Origin: Dimorphilus gyrociliatus | Taxonomy: Eukaryota; Animalia; Annelida | DNA length: 64,000 nucleotides | NCBI GenBank assembly: GCA_904063045.1 | Contig: CAJFCJ010000002.1 | Location: forward strand, 2,537,891-2,601,890 | Direction: 5' to 3' | Shown: one piece after another, positions 13,654 through 27,351 of the stretch | How the letters are laid out: every line of letters begins with the position of its first letter | How positions within the stretch are numbered: the stretch's first letter is position 1 | Translations under genes and position numbers: made by a program | The notes under the pieces: generated by a model | The model's database searches: none | The model's input: the letters and a program-made list of their open reading frames with translations, nothing else | What the model was told of the DNA's origin: nothing

Positions 13654-16520
13654 ATGAATAAATACACAAAAGTCAACGTCGTTGGTCGAGGAGCTTTCGG
13701 GTTTGTTTTAGAGGACATTAAATATATGTCGTAATATCTCGATCTATTCAAACAGTGTCGTTCATCTATGCGAAAGAAAAAATGATAAAGAAAAAGTGAT
13801 CATCAAGCAAATTACTGTTGATCAGATGACGAAAGAAGAGAGGCAACTAGCCGTTACAGAAGTCACAGTACGTTTATATAGTATTTTAGCTTTATTTACC
13901 TGGTCAAATATCTATTTTCCTAGGTCTTATCAATGCTTTCCCATCCAAACATTATACAGTTATTTGAAAATTTCTTAGAAGATAAAGCATTAATGATTGT
14001 AATGGAATATGCAGAAGGTAAACATAAAAGATTATTATTAAAAATTATCTAAAAAGGATTAATTTAACAATTATTTTTTATTAGGAGGAACTCTTAATGA
14101 TTATTTGCAATCTCAAAAAGAGGAGTTGATTGAGGAGACTGTTAGTAAATAAAATGCGTTTATATCTTTTACCCCTGATACTAAGAATGAACTTTTCTTT
14201 ATTTATTTTTTCAGAAAGTTCTTCAGTTTTTTGCTCAAATTCTCTTAGCTATCCAACATATACATTCCAGACAAATTTTACATAGAGATTTGAAAACTCA
14301 GAATATCTTCTTGGATAAAAATAAAGATATAATAAAAGTTGGAGATTTCGGTATATCAAAGATTCTTGATAGTAAAAGTAAAGCTGTGTCCGTTGTTGGG
14401 ACACCTTGCTATATAAGTCCTGAGTTATGCAAGGGTCAACCTTATAATCAAAAAAGTGACGTTTGGGCTGTTGGCTGTATCTTGTATGAAATGTTAACGC
14501 TAAAGAGGGCGTTTCATGCTGAAAATCTACCAGCATTAGTTATGAAAATAATGAAAGGACAGGGGCGTAATTTATAATTGATTTTTGATCTTATAAACTA
14601 AAACATATAATAGCTTTGCTTATAAAAAAAAGAGAAGTTTTGCAGTAAAAGTAAATAATTCCAGCTAGTTTTTGAAATAGAAGTATTTAATTTGTTTACT
14701 TTACATTTTTTATTATAAAATAAAGACTGAAGCAATTTGTAGAAGAAAAAGCGAAAGATTTTTTTTCTCTTTTTCTATTAGTTTAAATTATGCCCCTAGT
14801 TGGATAATTCTATTAGCGATAAATACAGCGATGAATTGAAGGAGATTGCCAATCGTATGCTGGAACAGTCAGCTGAAAAAAGAGCCACAATTTACCAAAT
14901 TATGGCTGAACCTTTAATATTGATTGCTCTATTAGATGTTTCTTGCGATTTAGGTAGTATTGACAGTCCAAATATTATACCAGCTCCAACGAGAAATTTG
15001 ACCTCTAATGAAATAAGCATTTCTGGTGGCACTTCTCAACAACCAAACAATTCGTGCTTAGTTTATTGGTGGGGTAATGGGGTTTGTCAGCCCGCCGTTT
15101 TACCTTTACCATCCAATGATACTCTTTTGACTCAAATTTGCATCGGAAGAACGCAAAAGGCCGCTGTAACCTCGACCGGGAAGCTTTTTGTTTGGGAAGA
15201 ATGTGGAGAGAGATCCTATATCCCTCGACTGGTTGATGGTGAATCAGCTGTTTGTATCAAAAGTGTGGCCTGTGGTGATCTATTCATGGCATTTTTAACC
15301 GATAGAGGATTACTAATGACCTCTGGGGGCGGAGCTTCAGGGTGTTTGGGACATAATGACTATAGAGATGTTGAACAAGCCAAAATTGTTCAAAGTCTTC
15401 TAGGATCCGAAGTTATTCATATTGCCTGTGGGTCCAATCACTGTGTTGCAGTAACGAGTGATAATGAAGTTTATTGTTGGGGAAGGTCAGATAACGGAAG
15501 GTTAGGATTAAGAAGAACATCATCAGTAAATAAACCTTTATTGGCAGCAATCTCTCCTAGTTACAAGCCTATTCAAGCATTTTGCTCCAGTGATTGTTCT
15601 GTATTACTAACTGATGATGGTTCAATATTAGCTACAGGGAGTAATCGTCATAATAAACTTTGTTTAGATACGTTATATGGTGACAAGGTAGACGAATCAT
15701 ATTGCTTTCGAGAGCAGGTTTGTAATTTAATACTTATCGCAAAAAAAAAACAATATATTATACATTTAAGGACACTTTCTATATTGAGCAGTTAAGAAGA
15801 AAATTTTGTTCTATAGAGATTTAGGGTATATTTAGACAAGAGAATTTTTTAAAATGTACTTGCCATTAGGCAGAAAATTGAACTCTTATTTATTATTTAT
15901 TATATCTTATGAGTTTATCCCCCTGTTTATATTTAACTTAAGCGTTCAGCAACTGTATGATATCATAATTCTTCAAATTATACATCTTTTAGGAAACGCT
16001 AAAAGAAATGAAAATCAAAACTTTGGACGTCGGCCCCACTCATTCGGCTTTCGTCTCTGAAGATGGATATTGTTATATGATTGGATCAAATAATTTTGGT
16101 CAATTAGGAACGGGATCATTTGGACATAGTGACCGTCTGCCCTACAAGATAACGAGCATCGATCGAGTTTGTTATGTTGCCTGTGGTGATGCTTTCACAG
16201 TGGCAGCTGTTGAAGGTTTTTATTGTTCAATTGAATTTATATATATTAGTATAAAATTTGTATATATTAGTATATATATACAAATATGTGATTGTATATG
16301 CATATATATTTCAAATTATTATTTAAAATTCACAGGCCATCATAAAGTTTTTACTTGGGGAAAACAAAGCAGAGGAAGGTTGGGTCGTGAAGACAATAAT
16401 GACTCTTTAAAGCCATCGTCAGTCGATTTTCCTCTCTGTGGAGATGAAGTTAGAGTTCAAAGTTTATCGTCTGCCCACGGATCAACCTTAATATGCTTAA
16501 ATCGAAATCGGTCAACATAA
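13654..16520 (+). CDS. NEK8: NIMA-related kinase 8 (kinase domain plus RCC1 repeats)
   Basis: MNKYTKVNVVGRGAFG, IIKQITVDQMTKEER, HRDLKTQNIFL, GDFGISK, GTPCYISPELC, followed by RCC1-like repeats (VACGDLFMAFLT, IACGSNHCVAVT, WGRSDNGRLG). One junction is unresolved (see findings). Confidence 0.92.
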
Positions 16521-16684
16521 TCGTATAAATAGCAATCAGATGATCGGATTTACATCTTAATTATTGATTTTTTTATTTTTTGACATAATCTCGTAAAGCG
16601 AGAATCTCTGTGATAGCAAAACTCTGAACACGATGCAATAAAAAAAGGAATGAAAGCCGTTAGGCTAAAGTTTGATTGTAATGC

Positions 16685-19600
16685 TCAACATTCTATATCA
16701 TTACTCTTAGAGGTCATTAATAAAACAGGTGTCGAACTAGCCCGTTTTATGGATGATGCCTCTTGCTGTTCATCGTTAAGAACGGATAAACTTCTGGCCT
16801 GAGCACTCATTGTCGTTGTCTGTTCTTTAGATGCACTATATGTATTTTCTATAAAGTCTAGAACACTTAGGTTCTGCATAGTAGGTGAGTTGTTTAACTT
16901 TGCTGCTTCGTTATCGTTCGAATTTAAGCTTCTTCTAGAGCTGGTTATTAGAGGTTCAGGTCTGTAACCAGAGCTATCAATTGTCATATTTAAGCCCCCT
17001 CTGAATGTATACATAGGAGGCGCTTCATGAGAGACTTCTAGATTATCGTAAGCAACTGCAAAGGAATATGATGGAGGAGATCTGGCAATTGAGTCACTTC
17101 GTAAAAAGGCAGGGTTATCTATGGCTAAAACATCAGGTGAATAGGCTGGTGGAGGCATAGGAGGAACATCGTAACCAGATATTGGTCCAGCAGAATCGGT
17201 GGAGTTACGATTGTTGGATGGCTTGTTTTTCCTCCATTTAACGATAACTGCTGATAATATGGCTGTTAAGAGGAGAACGATGAGGCAACCAATAACAATG
17301 CCCGCAATTGTAGCTGAATTAATAGAGTCGTTAGCATATTGATCTGTTGTAGAAAAACATCAAGAATTAGATATTTTATACAATTTAAGACCAGAAAAGC
17401 AGTAGTAATATGATAAAAAACGTTCTCTACAAAAGTCGGGAATTATATAAATGTCTAAGATCTGAAAAACAATTATAGGCTTATAAAGAGAATCTTGTTC
17501 TCTTTTTAAGATTTTATTAAAGACATTCGATATAAGAACAGCCAGACAAAAGTGGAAATACTCTTTCTTTTTTTATAAAGATGAACAATCTTTCAAGTAC
17601 CGTTTCATATTCTCGTAACTAATTTTATTCTTATTTAAAAGCGACGGCATAAACTAGAGGAAAATGCCAAAATCAAAAGATATATAATGAATTCTAACAT
17701 TTCACATAACGAGACAAAGTGTAAAAAATTAACTTTTAAACTTACCAATTACGGAACAATGACTTTCATCACTTCCGTCTTTACAATCATCGTGCCCATC
17801 ACATACCCAACCTTTGTTAATGCACCGTTGATTCTTACATTTAAATTGGCCGGTTGACGTACACGCTTCTGTAATAAGCAATAGCATAACTACTAATATT
17901 TTTTACAGGTAAATATACTTTCAATGCGTCACTTTATACATTTTTCTCTGTATATGATATACAATATGTATATAAAACATATGTGCGTATATACAGTATG
18001 TAAATATAATATGTTGCATGCTGTAGATATTTTATGGAAAAACAAACGAAAGACGTCCAAAAATCAGGCTTAAATGCGAGTTTGGAAACACGCCTTTGTT
18101 AAGTAATAAGATCTTTTCTCAATGATTTTTTGTATATAATTGTATATACTGTAATAACTATAAAAGAAATAAGTAAATGCGTAATAAGGAGTTGAATTTT
18201 GTAAGAGAATTATTTGAAAGTAAAGTAATTTCTATTGACGTAGGCACGAAATATTACTCCCACTAGAAAGAGTTTTAAATTGCATTAGGTTAAATAATAA
18301 ACTTTCAATTTTTTATCAATTTTTAACATGCATTACAATATTTTTAATAAATTAATCTAAAGTATAATATACATATATATGTATATTAGTATCTACAGTA
18401 TTTCAGTATATAATATATTTATATGCCATGTTTATTACATATCGTATTTAGTAATGTATGATATCTTTCATTGCTTTTTACAAACAGCTTACTTTAACCT
18501 AATTTTGAATTGATTAGAAAATGATATCTTTTATAGATTTTTAAAAATATATTTAACAATAAAAGTTCATTATTAATAAACCTATATAGACATTTACAAT
18601 TTAAAGATCTGTAATAATACGAAGGAGAGTAATTTTATCGTTTACCTATCTTTAATTTCTATATACAAAGTTTAAATAAATCAACAAAGCGTTAGATTGA
18701 AAATCTAAATCTGACGACATTAAGTCATTTATTACTATTTCTGTGATATTGAAATATTCTTATAGGAATAATTCTTATACAGTTTCATGATTAATCCTTT
18801 GGAAATTGCTATATGCTGTTTATTTCTTACTTTAAATTCTTACTGGGGAAGTTTTATTAATGTTATAGGTTTTCTTACACGTACTGATGTAGATATATTT
18901 ACATAGTACAGTATATTGAATAGTAATATAAACTTTTAATATAAAAAATGTCTGTTCTGAAGACCTTTTCCCCACCTATATTTGAATAAGGTGGAGGGAG
19001 GAAACAGGGGGTAGAATTTTTTTTCAATGCCCTTTGGTTGCATGTTTTAATAGTATTTGTCTATGAATTTACGACAAATTTCCAAACATCTATTGTGCAA
19101 AAACCTTAACTATTGTTATAAAATTGAAGGGGAAAAAATAATGACTAAAAAAATTTCTATTCCCAACTAATCAGTTCCTTTGTAATTAATAAGTGCAGTT
19201 AAGACTCAATAGACATTTTTAGTATTATCATTTCTCTCCTTTTTTTTATAATTGTGCTATGGTAACTAAAATTTTTTCTAATAAATCATATTAGTACGGA
19301 GAAAATAATAATTAATCGGAATCCTAATTAGTAAACAATCTAACAAGTTCTTGTATTATTTCGAGGTTATTAGATTTAGAGTCCTGAATACATTGGACTA
19401 GTTATAAGAAAAAAAAGCATATTGAATGAAAAATATTACTTAGGCTATAACCAGTTAAACCCTTTATTTTTCTCTTTCCTTTATCTAACACTGCTCCGTG
19501 TAATATATAGAGTGAATTCGATAGACTATTTTTTATTGATTAATATCTAGGTTATTTCATATCATGAGTTTCTATTAGAAGTTTGTCCTTAACAATCTAC

Positions 19601-20112
19601 ATTGTTGGATATAGAAAGAAAATATATGAAAATTAGAGACATATTTGCTCCCTTTTTATTACTAATGATTAATGTATTTTTTAATTTATAATTTATGTAT
19701 ACTAAAGGATTTTAAGGAAAAAAAATAGTGTCCTTGGTACGTTTTTTCGATTGATTGAGGGAGAAAAGGACGAATTTTGTTAAGTGTTTGCAATTAAATC
19801 CTCTGATTTTTCTCTATATATAACATAGAAAAAACTTTACCTTTATTACAAAATAATTCGTCAGAACCGTCTGTACATTGTTTTACACCGTCACATTTTC
19901 TTTCGGCTGGCAAACAAACAAAGTCAGATGCACATCGTATTTGCGATCGAAGGCATGAGGTATGGCCTAAAAGATAATAATTTATTAGTGAATTAGTTAT
20001 ATAACACTCTCCGGTCATCGACCGGTTCTTGTAAGGATAAAATTTTACCTGAAGGTACGTAAACAAAGGCTAATAAGAAAAGAGAAGGAGGAACGGTTGT
20101 CAACAATGACAT
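16685..20112 (-). CDS. Type I membrane protein: signal peptide, 2 LDLa repeats, TM helix, PPxY-rich tail (LDLRAD-like, 323 aa)
   Basis: Exons 20049-20112, 19841-19966, 17746-17868 and 16685-17343 sum to 972 nt in frame. LDLa motifs [13 protein letters not shown] and [13 protein letters not shown]; [25 protein letters not shown] followed by KWRK. Confidence 0.82.
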
Positions 20113-21004
20113 AGTATAAATAATTAAATTAAACAGTATTTATTTCCATTCAATTTTCAATCAAATTATATTTCCATGCTGGTTAAAACCGATATAGACA
20201 CTGTCTTCCTCTCTCCCATACTGCCATGTTTGTTTCGACATCATTTAACCCTTTCTTTAATATGCATGAGTACAGATGGCGCTTCTAGTCAAAAGAAGCG
20301 CCAAATCTAAAAATCTTTCAAGAGAAAACTATCAACAAACTACTATAACGCTTATTTAACGCTGCTCTGGTTAAATAAGCTTGTATATAAAACAACAAAC
20401 GCTGAATTAACAATCAAGATAATAAATTAAGTGATAATAAATTGCATTAATAATTTAAAATTTGAACGCGTTCATAAATATGAACCAAATGAAAGTCATG
20501 AATAGGGCGTTGCTAAGGTAAATGTTTTAAAAGGAAATCATGCATTTCTGAGTCACGAACTGGAGTATAAAATTATCTAAAAAGCCTATAATATATAAAT
20601 AAAATACATTTGAATTATACAAACAACACTTGTACAAGTATTTAAAAGTAATAAACAATTATAATTCAACATTTAACGAATATTTCACAAAAATATTTTA
20701 TGTTTTTTCTATATTTATTAATAACAACATATTAATAATTTATTTATCAAGAATTAATGTCTAGAAATATAATGCTTCTCCTACTGAAAATGTCAAGGAA
20801 AGACTACTGTATGATACAATGAGAAAAATTCCTTTAATATCTTTCTGTTTATCCTAAATGTATAAATAAATAATATAAATAAATAACTATTGCATTAAAA
20901 GCTTTAAAATTTTAAATAAGTAACGAATAGTGGTTTTTGTAATGTTTTCTTATTTAGTAAAATGAATTGTCTTCAATTTTTATAAGAGGATAATAGTAGA
21001 AAAT

Positions 21005-21010
<6 letters not shown>

Positions 21011-21038
<28 letters not shown>
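21011..21038. repeat. (CT)n microsatellite
   Basis: About 14 CT units read directly. Confidence 0.9.
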
Positions 21039-21042
<4 letters not shown>

Positions 21043-21149
21043 TGTTTTCTTTGTTTCTTTTTCTATTTTTATCTATTTTACTTTATCATATACAAATTTA
21101 AACCGTAGTTTATTGCAGTGTTAATTGATTTATTGAAAAAAATTTGCTC

Positions 21150-23289
21150 TTAATATTTGAATGTAAAAGATAAATCTGTATCTATGAAAGATGTTCCATT
21201 TAACGAAATACTGATTGGAACTTCCTCTACGTCATTGTTTGATTTCGATGGAACTTGACAATTGATTAAATAAGTGTTTAGTAATTCTCCTTCAGTTTCT
21301 TCGTAATTTCCAAATTTACATTTTATGGTTTGACATATTCCCTTCTCAAAGTGTCTACCGTAGATATGAACCTTTTCACCTCCATTCAATGCGCCCTCTC
21401 TCGGCAGAACTCTGTTGAATGTAGGATCTATTTTAAATTGAAGTTTACAAGCCTTTAGTCGAGTGGTAGAAATATAACTGTTCCAGGATGACTCCCATTT
21501 TTGTACAGCTATTGTTTTCTCTTCAGAATTCAATCCTGAGTATTTGATCGAGTTTGACGCTAGTTTCTTCAAGTCTCGTAGATCTAAACCCCAACCCATG
21601 AAAGCCTCATACCAGTCAATTGTGAAGTTATCATATCCAAAACCACCTGGATCATCTGATCCTAAAACGACTGGTAGACCGTTTCGAATATAACCAATAC
21701 CTGGGTGATTTCTAAGATCAGCAGTATAACCAAGAATTTGGTTAGAAACGGGACAAATCTCTATAGCAACGTCTCTTTTTTTCAGCTCATTTAAAAGATA
21801 GGGATGCTTAAAGAACCCAATTCCGTGTCCAACTCGTTTTGCTCCTAACAAGACAGATTCATAGGTGTTTTGTAAGGCAGAAACTATAAAAGATTGAAAA
21901 GTGTTTGAACCATAAAAAGATCAAAAAAGAACATTCCCCTTACCAGGATCGTTATCAAAAGGTGAAGGTAGTAAATCATCAGGCCAGTTGGTTTCAGCTG
22001 TATGATAAAGAGGAGAAGGGTTACCGGAAATATTAAGGAGATTTTCAAGGAAAAACATGTGCGATTTCCCACTATCTTCTTCAGCAACTAAATCAATGCC
22101 TTTTATCATATCTCCTGCTTTTTCGAACATTTCCTTGGATATAATAAGATCATTTTTAATTCTTTCATTAGTTGTTTTTCTATTTGATGCTGCAATGATT
22201 TTATAACCGATAAATTCAGGGTTGCTGGCTGTAAAATTGTTGACAATTTCTCTTGTAAAGTCTATATTTGTTTTACCAGGGTATTCTTCACTTTCGTCAA
22301 TATATTTTTTACCAAAATTTTCAGAGCTACCTCCAGATTTGTCTAGAATGTATAGGCGTTGAATTCTACTTGCTCTAGTTTCCATGTATTGTACGTTTTC
22401 TTTTAAAACAGTACTTAATAATTCAGTTAAGAATTTCGCTCTAATATTTACGTGTCTAAAAGTGCTAGTAACTTTTCCCCATAGCGTATCCATTAATTTC
22501 CAACGCATTCGACTGTCAGTTGGATATTTTTTTGCTTCATCAGTTAAAATATTCATAAGGGTGTGCTTTTTCACAAGAAAGTCGATAGTGTATGTTGAAT
22601 TATCCTTTACCTTGACCCATTTGACACCTGAACTGATGGGTGGAGGATTTACGAACAAATCCAATGAATAATGTCGAGATTGACTATTAGATTCTTCAGC
22701 GACGTACAAATCTTCAAATTCAGGTGCATTAAACAAGATTTCCAAAACAGCTCTATGACCGAGAATGTAATCTGATAGAAGAGCAAAAGAGAAATTAATT
22801 AAATTCTTAAATATAGATTTTTAATTAAAGGAAATTAGAGGAAACAACTTTCGTGTGTATGCATATTTCCTCCTTTAGGTAATTTAGACAATTCTTGGAA
22901 CACTTCTGATGATCTTATTTCATTTAGCTTCTCTTCAATTGGTCTTGCTGGAGGGAAACCAATCGAAGAGTCGGAAGTTTTTAAAAACTCTTGAACTTTC
23001 AAAAAGTGTAGATAATCATCTACAATTTTTTCTTCCTGTTTATGAGAAAAACGTTAAAAAATCGATTATTTCCCTAATTAATCCATCCAATAAAAAGATA
23101 AATTACAAATAAATAAAAGTTTATTACTTCATTTAAATTGATCTGATCAATTTGACTTAACTTTTCTTCTTCCTCAATTAATTTATCTCGTTCTTGATTG
23201 TATTTATATTCATTTTCAAGATTTCGAGCTTGAATAGAACTATTATGAATTAAAATTAATAGACTATAGCATATAATTTTTAATGTCAT
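21150..23289 (-). CDS. ADA2: Adenosine deaminase 2 (CECR1/ADGF family) with C-terminal IPT/TIG domain, copy A (4 exons)
   Basis: Signal peptide; PKGGNMHTH, GIDLVAEED, YHTAET, RVGHG, IEICPVSNQILG and GSDDPG motifs; about 95-aa IPT-like C-terminus. Confidence 0.9.
21154..21464. repeat. 311-bp near-identical direct repeat, copy 1 (IPT-coding part of ADA2 A)
   Basis: Matches 31571-31881 at a constant offset of 10417, with mismatches only at 21333/31750 and 21376/31793. Confidence 0.92.
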
Positions 23290-23762
23290 TTTATCAAGTT
23301 CTAATTATAAAATACATGAAACTTTTTTTAAAATTGTGTTTAATATCAGATAATTCAATGCAACAGGTGTAGAGATATAGCACAACTTTCCAAAAAGTGT
23401 ACTAAACATAAAGTATAAATAGTATCATTTTATCAAAATCTTATCAATAGCAGTAGAAGATGGTTAGGTAACTAATTGAAATATCTTAATTGTCATCATC
23501 AAAAAAAAACTAAAAGTCATGAATATTCAAATTAATTTATTTATGACGAGAAGAAAAGTTTGAAAATTTTAAAGATCAAAAAAGATGTAAAAGAAAATAG
23601 CCTGATTAATTTAGAATTTGTGTTTTTTTAAAAAAAAAAGAGTATAATAAAGATCGTGAGCGAACCTCTCTTTCTATATCTCCTTCCCTTTCCTCAGTCA
23701 TTTACATGTAAACTATACGTAAGAATTTTTATATGATATTTATCATCTGAATTGGATGAGTT

Positions 23763-26700
23763 ATGAAAAAAGCCTATCGTGCATCAAGTCAGAGCAATAA
23801 TGCCAAAATAATACCTTTAGAAATAGAGAAATCACCAAATGATAGGAGAAAATATCGAGCAATCAAATTAGAAAATGGAATTAAATGCTTACTCTGTTGT
23901 GACGCTTATAGCGGAGATGGAGAACAGGCTCCAGATCCTAAAAAGATTACAAATGAACAAGATGACAAACTAGCAGCTGCCGCTCTTTGTGTTGGTATTG
24001 GTTCCTTCTGTGATCCTGTAGAAGTACCCGGTCTAGCTCATTTTATGGAGCATATGGTCTTTATGGGCTCTGAAAAATATCCGGAAGAAAATGCTTTTGA
24101 CGTTTTTATCAAACGGAATGGAGGAAGTACAAATGCTCATACAGAATACGAACACACGACATTTTTTTTTGATGTAATGCCTAATAAATTTAGAGAAGCA
24201 TTAGACAGATTTAGTCAGTTTTTTATTTCTCCTTTATTTCGCGAGCACAGCATCGATAGAGAAATTGAAGCCATAGATAACGAATTTCAAGTTTGTATCA
24301 TTCATTTATGTTTGATATAGGTTATTTTAAAGTAGTTTAATAATTATTATAGATGGCTTTACCTACTGAACGATGTCGAAAAGAGCAATTATTTTGTCTA
24401 ATGGCTAATAAAGGCCATCCAATCAGCAAATTTATGTGGGGGAATCATAAAACTTTAAGGGATATCCCGGCAAAGAGGGAAATTAACGTTCATAAAGCTC
24501 TTAAAGATTTTCATTCAACTTTCTACTCTGCTGGTCATATGACGGTTTGCCTTCAAGCTAAATATTCTTTAGATGTACTCCAAAAGTGGGCTATAGAATG
24601 CTTCTCATTAATACCTAATAATAATAAACCGAAGCCTAGTTTTAATCATTTACCTCCTCCATATGACACGGATGAATTTAGGAAATTATACAAATACGTA
24701 CCAGCAAAAAATGTTCATATGTTAGAAGTCACTTGGGCGTTACCTTGCATGATAGAACATTACAAAACTAAACCGTTATATTACATTAGCTGGCTAATTG
24801 GACACGAGGGAGAAGGTTCTCTATTATCCTATCTCAAAAAAAAATTATGGGCTACTGGTATATCGACTTGGGGGGGTTCTTACGGTGCCTGGGAGCACAA
24901 TTCAACAGGGGCAATATTCTACATAACAATCGCCTTGACAGAGGACGGTTTGACCCACATGCATGGTGTAATGTTAGCTCTCTTTAGTTATATTGCAATG
25001 CTAAAAAGTCAAGGACCGTGTTTAGAAGTATTTAGGCAAATAAAGACTATTCAGCAAAATGACTTTAATCTACAAGATGATGGTGATCCATGCGAACATG
25101 TTGAAATGTTGTCGGAAGCTATGCAGTATTATTCATTAAAGGATATTATTACAGGAGACCAGCTGATGAGAACCTATAATCCGGATATTATATCTAGTTG
25201 CATTAACATGTTAACAGCCACAGACTGTAATATATGTTTAGGATCTAGAAGTTTTGCAAGCGCGTGCGATTTAACGGAAGTTTGGTGCGGTACAAAGTAT
25301 TCATGCAATAAAATAGGGCAAGACATCATAGAAAAATGGCAAAACGTAAAACCGCATAAAGATTTTCATTTCCCAGATAAGAATCCTTTCATAGCTACTG
25401 ATTTCCGAATAAGAGTTCCGGATTCCCCTGATACTGGATTACCAGTATTAATTTCTCAAACAAACTTCAGTTGCTCTTATTATAAAAAGGATAATTTATA
25501 CTTAATGCCAAGGGGTTATATAATGGTTATGATAAGATCTCCAGTTGTTGGGGATTCTTCGAAAAACATGGCGTTATTGGATTTGTGGATGTTAATTCTT
25601 AATGATGTGCTTAGCGAAAAAGCTTATGGAGCTACTGCTGCTCAATTAGCTTTCTCCATAAACGCCACATTTTCCGGAATAGAAATTAAATTAAGAGGTT
25701 TTAATCATCAACTTCCTCTGCTTTTTCAATTAATCGTTGACACAATTGACAATATGAAAGGTCACGTAGAAGAAAGCCTCTTCATAGCGAAAAAAGAACA
25801 ACTACTAAGATCGTATTATAATTTCTTCTTCAAGCCTGCAAAATTAAATAATGACATAAGATTATCTATTTTACAAGATCCGTTTATTTCATGCGTTTGG
25901 AGAAGACAAATTCTCCCAAATTTAACCTTAAAGGATTTACATAATTTCCAAAAAAGCTATTTCGATCAAGTTTATTTTGAGATGTTGTTTGTTGGAAATC
26001 TGAGAGCAGCAGAAGCTAAAGAAATGGAAGCTTACATATGTAGAAAATTAGGGAGATCTAAACCTTTCAACCCAAAAGATAGGATTTATCAAAGAGTCCG
26101 CGAACTGCCTAACAATGAAACATTCTGCCGTGTATTGAATTTTAATAAAGAGGATCAAAATTGCGTAATAACTAATTATTATCAACACGGACCAGCAAAT
26201 CTAAAAGACTCGGTCACTAATGAATTATTAGTAAATTGTATGGAGGAGCCGTGTTTCGATATTCTAAGAACAAGAGAACAGTTAGGATATCAAGTATTTG
26301 TAACGGATAGGGTTACTTCCGGTGCTTTAGGTTTTAGTGTCACTGTTAATAGTATGGCAACAAAATTTGATATGATAAAATTAGACTCTCGAATTGAGAT
26401 GTTTTTAAGGGAAGTCATTAAATTATTGTCCAAAATGTCATCAAAAGAATTTAAAAATCAAGTAAACCATTTGTTAAATCTTATTTTAGTAATTAAGTTA
26501 TTTTCCGTTTGCTTTCCTACATAAAAAAAGGTATCATCTCTCGTTACCGTAAAAAGAATTAATGAAGATAGCCATATGGGAGAGGAGGCTGAGAGGTATT
26601 GGGCTGAAATTGTTACTGGTGCTCTCAAATTCGATAGATTAAATAAGGAATTAGAAACCATGCAAAAATTAAATTTAAACGATGTCATTTCCTGGCTAAC

Positions 26701-27136
26701 TGATCACGTTTTACCTCAGGGCAGTCATCGTAGAAAATTGAGTATTCAAGTTACTCAAAGATCTCCATTAAATAACGAAACAAAGATATCTAATAACTAT
26801 CAGAATAGAATTGTAAATGGGGTGAAAATTGTAACTGATGCTCTAAAAATGAGAAGGACAGACATTCGAGATGATCACGACAGAAATAGATCAGATTCGA
26901 AAGTAAAGAATACATCAACGGCTAAAAACAGCTTAGGAAGCGGTCCAAAGAATGTTGATATTGGACCAATAACTGAACAACTGTTAAGTTCGGAAGATTC
27001 CGACGATTATAACAAAGACAAAGTATACGAATTAACTTTTCTACCAATACGCGAAATAAATGAAAACAAAGTCATCTTGAATATTCATAAATTTAAAGAG
27101 AAACTAAATCTATATCCAGTATTAAAGATCTTATAG
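23763..27136 (+). CDS. NRDC: Nardilysin (M16A metallopeptidase), 3 exons
   Basis: KSPNDRRKYRAIKLENG, AAAALCVGIGSFCDP, inverted Zn motif HFMEH and MVFMGSEKYPEEN. Introns at about 24289-24352 and 26462-26530. The AAALCVGxGSF motif and C-terminal EDSHMGEE favour nardilysin over IDE. Confidence 0.88.
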
Positions 27137-27351
27137 GAAAGCCTTATAAAGAGAGGTACGCTTGTTTAAATTAATTTAAATAAACCTTAACATTACAAAC
27201 AATTAAAGTGTTCTCTAATATAAAAGAACAAAGCAAGAATAAGCCGAATGAAAGAATAGAGATTTTAATAATTTTTACATTAATATCGTGTACTAATTAG
27301 CATTCTTTTAAATCTGATTTCCTATTAATGTATCCTATAGGTTTAACTCTT

